In this document: one piece after another, positions 58,748 through 64,000 of the stretch
Layout of the letters: every line of letters starts with the position of its first letter
Numbering within the stretch: the stretch's first letter is position 1
NCBI GenBank assembly: GCA_965217865.1
Contig: CBDCJO010000002.1
Span: 3,040,001 to 3,104,000, forward strand
DNA from: Candidatus Latescibacterota bacterium
Lineage (GTDB): Bacteria > Latescibacterota > UBA2968 > SICM01
Length of the DNA: 64,000 nucleotides
Direction: 5' to 3'
The notes under the pieces: model-generated
Database searches by the model: none
What the model was told of the DNA's origin: nothing
Seen by the model: only the letters and a program-made list of their open reading frames with translations
Made by a program: the position numbers and the translations under genes

Positions 58748-61700
58748 ATGAAAGTGTGGCGGAATATCGGGGCGGTCTTCGGGATCGCGGTACTGTTCTT
58801 TCCGCTGTTTTCTCCAGAATGGGTCACGGACAAACTGGTCGAGTTTTTCGAAATCCGTCCGCCGGAACCTGCCCCCGAAAAAGGCTCGATGGCGTTCCCC
58901 CTCGCAGAAACCATCCGATCATCGATCGATGAGACAAGGGTGCGGGAACGGATGGTACGCCTTTCTTCCGGTTTCTCAAGGGTCGTGGGATATCCGGGTC
59001 ACGAATGGGCATATCGTTACATCCGGGACGAGTTCGAACGGATAGGGCTGGAGGATATCACGACGGAATCCTTCGACGTGACCTCCCCGATCGATCGTGG
59101 CGGACATCTTAAGGTGATCGGAGAGGCCGGAAAAATCCCGATCCTCGGAATCTGGCCCAACCTTGTCCGGACCAGCAGCCTACCCCGGGATGGGCTCCGC
59201 GCAATGTTGGTCGAGGGGGACGATGGCGAGTTTTCGGACTTCAACGGTAAAGATTTGGCCGGGAATATCGTTCTGATGGGATTCAACTCCTGGAATCGTT
59301 GGATGAACGCATCCATGCTCGGTGCCGAAGCGGTGATCTTCATCGCTCCAGATTCAACGACCACGGCGCAGGCGGAGCAGAAGTTCTTCCAGGTACCTCT
59401 GAACGTTCCCCGCTTCTGGATAGGAAGGGAAGAGGGCGAGATGCTTCGTCGTCGTTTGGGCTCAGGGGAGTCGATCGAGGTGGAACTGAAAAGCCGGATG
59501 GTTTGGAAAAAACACAAGGCCCTGAATGTCCTGGGTTGGATTCCAGGGGGGGATCCCACCCTGAAGGACCAGGTAATTCTGATCGACGCATACTACGACG
59601 CTATGTCTGCGGTACCCGCCCTCGCCCCTGGTGCGGATCAGGCTTCAGGCATCGTCTGTCTCCTGGAACTTGCCGAATTCCTCCGGGCTCATCCCCCATC
59701 CCGAACGGTTTTGTTCCTGGCCTCTTCGGGCCATCACCTCGGTTTCCGAGGGGTCTGTGATTTTCTGAACCGGCACGCCCGAAAGGAGGAGCACTTTGCA
59801 AGGAACCTCGAGGACCCGATCGATGTCCGGCTCTGGATTTCTCTGGATCTTTCTTCCGGGACAGACGAGATCGGGATATGGAATGGAGGGAAACCCGGTT
59901 ATTTTCAGAGATTCTTCGCCCGCTTCGGGAAGAAATTTTCCCAACTGGGTCGAGAATTTGCCCCTTCTTTCGGGATGGACGGGTCCCTGGGCATCGTGGA
60001 CGGCATCACCCCCCCGCCCGGCCTGAGTTGGGACATGCTTAACCCGGGGGGGATCATCAAGACAGACTCGGAGGTGGTCCTGACGGCGGGGTTGCCTACC
60101 GTTGCACTGGTTACGCTTAACGATGTCCGTTTCAGGGTCGATACGCCATTCGACACAGTGGAGCGGCTCAACCTTCAAAACCTGACGAAACAGATCCGAC
60201 TTATAACCGCAGTCCTGGGCAGGGCCCTGGACGACCCGGAACTCCTCCCCGATTATCGGGTCGAGCTCAGGGACAGGATGCGTGCCCTCAAGGGACGGGT
60301 CCTCACTTTCCCCCGTCGGAGTGTGGCTCCAGATCGGCCCCGGCCCGGGGCGGTGGTTGCGCTCAGGATGTCGCCCGAGAAGTCCGTGAAGGGCGTCAGG
60401 ACGATCTTCTACGACCTTGCGGATGAGAACGGATCGTTTTACGTGCCGGGCTTGACCGCCAGGCGTGTCAATGTCGATGCCTATTATCTGGATCCCGATT
60501 CCGGAGAGATCACCTATGCCCCGGATATGGGACCGTCGGGAAAAAGCTACCGGGCTGAATTCGGAATGGACTTCTGGATTACCCGTTCGACGCGCATCCT
60601 CTTTCCCTGCGTCGCAACGGATTTTTATGAGACAATCGATCCCCAGCACCTGTCGAAACTCACGCAATTGAAGGTCTATGGCGAAGGGAATTCGGCCCCC
60701 CAGGAGTACGGCTATACCCTCGGCCACAGTCCGGACGAACCGGTTGGTGTGGTTTTCACCAGGCCGGGGGAGCGGGTGAAGCTGACGATGAGCGGAGCAT
60801 CCACAGGCATTCGACTCCTTCTGCTGAACACAACGGGTGAGGGGGAAGAAGGGATGAAGGGCCGGGGATTTTTAACGCGATCGCCCGGGTCCTTCGCGAG
60901 GACATCGTTTCAGGCTGCGAAGGATATGTGGGCCCTGGACGAGGGCCGGATGCGAGAATTGCGTGCTTATGGGATTGAGAACCAGCGTCTCAAGGCCCTT
61001 CACGTCCGGGCCAGGGACCGTATCGCCAGAGCGGAAGAAGCCCTTTCGGAGCGAAAGTGGGATGCGTTTATCAAGCATACCCGCGCAGCGCTGGGCCTGG
61101 AATCCCGGGCATATCCCGATGTCAAGGGCACGCAAAACGACATCGTCCGGGGCGCCATTTTTTTTATGGCGCTTATGATCCCGTTCGCTTTTTTCGCAGA
61201 ACGGTTGCTTGTGACCGCAGGAGACATCCGATGGCAGGTGGTGTGGACGTTCGCAATCTTCCTGGCAATCTGGGGGGCCCTCTCCCTGGTCCACCCGGCG
61301 TTCAGTCTTTCAAGCCCGTTCGTCATACTTCTGGCCTTTATCATCCTGGTGCTTGCCGTGTCGGTGATCACCTTGATCTTCATTCGCTTCAACACCCACG
61401 TGAGAAGGATTCGGCCGGAGGGGATGGCTCACGATGTGGATATAGGCCGCATCAGCGCCTCCCTAGCGGCCTTTCAGCTCGGCATCGCGAACATGAAACG
61501 GCGCAGGTTCCGGACCGCCCTGACCTTTTCGACGCTCGCCCTGCTGACGTTTACCGTCCTTTCATTTACTTCGATCAAGTCGTCGCTCCAGTTTCACCGG
61601 ATTTCACGAGATCATCCCGGTCTCTATCCCGGGTTCCTTCTTAGGAGCAAGTTCTGGGGGACCCTTGAGGAATCTTCCCTGGAGTATACCCGGGCAAGCT

Positions 61701-63280
61701 TTGGGGGAGAGGCGATCGTGGCGCCCCGGAACTGGTATGCTTCGGACGACAGGAAGGCGATCCGGGTGAAGTCCGGGGCTCGGTCGGCCAACGCCCAGGG
61801 GGTCCTTGGTCTTTCTCCAAGCGAGGCGGATGTGACGGGAATTGAGTCCTGTCTGTCGAAGGGGCGATGGTTCCGGGATGGGGAGCGGAAGGTCTGCGTC
61901 ATCTCTAAAGAGATGGCCGGGCAGCTCGGTCTGTCGGAGGGGGATGTCGGGCAGGCACAGCTACATCTTTTCGGGGATGCCTTTCGGTTGATCGGCCTGA
62001 TCGATTCCGCCCGGATGAAGGAACTGAAAGACCTGGATGGGGAATCGATGACCCCTGCCGATTTTCGGGCAACCGGGCGCAACGTGTTCCTCCGAATGTC
62101 CCAGGAGGAGAAGCGGGAAAAGGCCGGCCTGGAGACCCCGAATGTGGAGATCGCTTCGTTCGACCATCTGGATCCGGCCAATGTGTTAATCGTTCCTTAC
62201 CAACTGCTCCGTGAGGTAAAGGGGTCACTCAAGAGCGTGGCCGTGCGCTTCAAGGACCCTTACGCGGTAAGGGGCCGGGTGGAAGATTTTATCTCCCGGC
62301 TCGCTGTCGTATTGTTTGCAGGGATTCCCCTGGGGTCGCCGGAAAATGCGGTTGCGCTACGGGAAGGGGATTCGAGGGAGTCGATGCCGATCCAGGTTTC
62401 CGTGTACTCCTCTCTCGGATCAACCTCCCTCCGGGGCCTGAGCAACCTGTTGATCCCGATCGCGATTGCGGGGTTGATCGTCCTGAACACGATGCTGGGT
62501 TCCGTCTACGAGCGCTTCCGCGAGATCGGCATCTATTCTTCGGTGGGGCTGGCCCCGGTTCACATCGGGTTTCTCTTTCTGGCCGAGGCTTGCGTCTACG
62601 CGGTGCTCGGGACGGTCTCTGGTTATCTTCTCGGACAGGCTGTCTCAAAGTTCCTCGTATGGGAAGGCCTTATGACGGGACTGACGATCAACTATTCCGC
62701 ACTTTCAACGGTTGCCTCTGCCGGACTGGTGATGGCGGTGACCCTTCTCTCTACGGTGTTCCCCGCACGAAAGGCATCGCAGATGGCCGTTCCCGATGTG
62801 ACCCGGCGCTGGTCACCCCCCGATCCGGAGGGAGACCGTTGGGGTTTTCGATTTCCGTTTACGGTTGGGGGCGTCGATGCCCTGGGTTTATGCGCATTTC
62901 TTGCCAGGTACTTCAATTTCCATCAGGAGGAATCGATGGGCGATTTCTACGTGGAAGGCGTGGGATGCTCTGCATTTCAAACCGAAAGCGGAGAGGCCTA
63001 CCAGATTCGTGCGACGGCATGGCTTGCCCCGTACGATCTGGGGGTCCGCCAGGGGGTCGAATTGAAAACCCTGCCAACGGGCGATCGTGGGAATTTTTCG
63101 ATGGAGCTGATGATTCAGAGGACCTCGGGAGACCGGGCTTCCTGGAGGCGATGCAACGAACGGTTTGTCAACGCCATCCGAAAGCAGTTCTTAATCTGGC
63201 GTACGCTCGACCAGGGGGCGAAGGAACAAGCCCAAGCGGAGGGTGTGGGGAGGTTCGAAAGGATGAGGGATGAAGGATGA
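58748..63280 (+). CDS. 1510-aa fusion: atypical M28 peptidase-fold domain, membrane region and FtsX-like permease domain
   Basis: SRVVGYPG, IDAYYD, APGADQASG, ISLDL; NMKRRRFRTALT, NTMLGSVYERFREIGIYSSVGLAP, STVFPARKAS. Confidence 0.8.
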   Translation: MKVWRNIGAVFGIAVLFFPLFSPEWVTDKLVEFFEIRPPEPAPEKGSMAFPLAETIRSSIDETRVRERMVRLSSGFSRVVGYPGHEWAYRYIRDEFERIGLEDITTESFDVTSPIDRGGHLKVIGEAGKIPILGIWPNLVRTSSLPRDGLRAMLVEGDDGEFSDFNGKDLAGNIVLMGFNSWNRWMNASMLGAEAVIFIAPDSTTTAQAEQKFFQVPLNVPRFWIGREEGEMLRRRLGSGESIEVELKSRMVWKKHKALNVLGWIPGGDPTLKDQVILIDAYYDAMSAVPALAPGADQASGIVCLLELAEFLRAHPPSRTVLFLASSGHHLGFRGVCDFLNRHARKEEHFARNLEDPIDVRLWISLDLSSGTDEIGIWNGGKPGYFQRFFARFGKKFSQLGREFAPSFGMDGSLGIVDGITPPPGLSWDMLNPGGIIKTDSEVVLTAGLPTVALVTLNDVRFRVDTPFDTVERLNLQNLTKQIRLITAVLGRALDDPELLPDYRVELRDRMRALKGRVLTFPRRSVAPDRPRPGAVVALRMSPEKSVKGVRTIFYDLADENGSFYVPGLTARRVNVDAYYLDPDSGEITYAPDMGPSGKSYRAEFGMDFWITRSTRILFPCVATDFYETIDPQHLSKLTQLKVYGEGNSAPQEYGYTLGHSPDEPVGVVFTRPGERVKLTMSGASTGIRLLLLNTTGEGEEGMKGRGFLTRSPGSFARTSFQAAKDMWALDEGRMRELRAYGIENQRLKALHVRARDRIARAEEALSERKWDAFIKHTRAALGLESRAYPDVKGTQNDIVRGAIFFMALMIPFAFFAERLLVTAGDIRWQVVWTFAIFLAIWGALSLVHPAFSLSSPFVILLAFIILVLAVSVITLIFIRFNTHVRRIRPEGMAHDVDIGRISASLAAFQLGIANMKRRRFRTALTFSTLALLTFTVLSFTSIKSSLQFHRISRDHPGLYPGFLLRSKFWGTLEESSLEYTRASFGGEAIVAPRNWYASDDRKAIRVKSGARSANAQGVLGLSPSEADVTGIESCLSKGRWFRDGERKVCVISKEMAGQLGLSEGDVGQAQLHLFGDAFRLIGLIDSARMKELKDLDGESMTPADFRATGRNVFLRMSQEEKREKAGLETPNVEIASFDHLDPANVLIVPYQLLREVKGSLKSVAVRFKDPYAVRGRVEDFISRLAVVLFAGIPLGSPENAVALREGDSRESMPIQVSVYSSLGSTSLRGLSNLLIPIAIAGLIVLNTMLGSVYERFREIGIYSSVGLAPVHIGFLFLAEACVYAVLGTVSGYLLGQAVSKFLVWEGLMTGLTINYSALSTVASAGLVMAVTLLSTVFPARKASQMAVPDVTRRWSPPDPEGDRWGFRFPFTVGGVDALGLCAFLARYFNFHQEESMGDFYVEGVGCSAFQTESGEAYQIRATAWLAPYDLGVRQGVELKTLPTGDRGNFSMELMIQRTSGDRASWRRCNERFVNAIRKQFLIWRTLDQGAKEQAQAEGVGRFERMRDEG

Positions 63281-63384
63281 GTGTCGCGACGGAGTCGGAG
63301 TGGGGCGCAAAGGCGGTGTGGAAGTGTTGGAGTGGAGGGTTGCGCTTTGAACAGAGGATTTGAGGCTGGAATCCGAATTTATTG

Positions 63385-64000
63385 ATGGCCATATTCAACC
63401 GAGATAAGAGCGCCCGGTTCGAAGAGATCGAGGAGTACCGGGCCCTGCTGGAGCCTCCCGGGCACTACGAAGAGGCCTTCAACGTCAAAACGATCATCGG
63501 TGCGATCTTCGTTTCGATCGTTATGTTGCCGGGAAATATCTACCTGAACTTGATGATCGGAGGGGGGTTCGGAGCGGCTGCGGAATGGGTGACGATCATC
63601 CTGTTCATCGAGCTTTCCAAGCGATCCTTCACCACCCTGAAGAAACAGGAGATCTACCTCCTGTTCTATGTGACCACAGCCCTCATCGGGGCAGAGACGG
63701 GGGCGTTTGAAGGTCTTCTCTGGAACCAGTATTTCGTCCAGTCCCCTGCGGCCAAGCAGTTCGGGATATCCGGTCTCATCCCGGCGTGGGTCGCACCGCA
63801 GCCGGATTCGAACGCCCTCATCGACCGGACGTTCCTCCATTCGGATTGGATCGCCCCTATCGTCCTCCTGGTCATCGGTACGATCATGGGCAAAATCTCA
63901 TGGTTCACGGGGGGGTACATCCTGTTCCGGCTGACTTCGGACTACGAGCGGCTTCCCTTCCCGTTCGCACCGATCAATGCTCAGGGGGCGATGGCTCTGG
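63385..64000 (+). CDS. OPT-like 'peptide transporter' membrane protein, 5' part (runs off window)
   Basis: EYRALLEPP..YEEAFNVKTIIGAIF, PGNIYL, AAEWVTIILF, ERLPFPFAP. Confidence 0.75.
   Translation, partial: MAIFNRDKSARFEEIEEYRALLEPPGHYEEAFNVKTIIGAIFVSIVMLPGNIYLNLMIGGGFGAAAEWVTIILFIELSKRSFTTLKKQEIYLLFYVTTALIGAETGAFEGLLWNQYFVQSPAAKQFGISGLIPAWVAPQPDSNALIDRTFLHSDWIAPIVLLVIGTIMGKISWFTGGYILFRLTSDYERLPFPFAPINAQGAMAL

Noticed and set aside
59645-60727. 360-aa minus-strand ORF
   Set aside because: Shadow of the 1510-aa gene

Overview
A 64-kb bacterial chromosome segment of moderately high GC, made mostly of housekeeping genes on the minus strand: dnaK, iscS, ftsY, parAB, alaS, recA/recX, cinA, pgsA/pgpA, recR-ebfC-dnaX, large-type SRP RNA, tRNA-Ala, two tRNA-Ser and tadA. 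The gene repertoire suggests an FCB-related candidate phylum such as Latescibacterota; this is inference only. Highlights: (1) a tetraether-synthase (Tes/GDGT-MAS)-like radical SAM enzyme plus a group II geranylgeranylglyceryl-phosphate synthase, two archaeal-type ether-lipid enzyme families in one bacterial window; (2) an ~8.4-kb decaying PICI/P4-like satellite (integrase, AlpA, primase-helicase, iterons, frameshifted TerS-like gene) in tRNA-Ser(CGA), whose cargo genes are interleaved with repeated copies of an IS1595 transposase 3' end; (3) an uncharacterised membrane system made of a DUF6785-like protein, a 1510-aa atypical M28-fold/FtsX fusion and an OPT-like protein; (4) a complete sigma-54 promoter (UAS, IHF site, -24/-12) ahead of hsp20-sigma factor-dnaK; (5) a candidate orphan three-hairpin sRNA; (6) a CinA with a catalytically dead PncC domain beside a Pof1-like NMN adenylyltransferase; (7) a DksA-like fusion, an atypical ClpX with a triple pseudo-receiver neighbour, a split-motif PilZ protein, and two families of dispersed MITE/REP-like repeats. 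All protein calls come from motif recognition by eye; no database searches were run.
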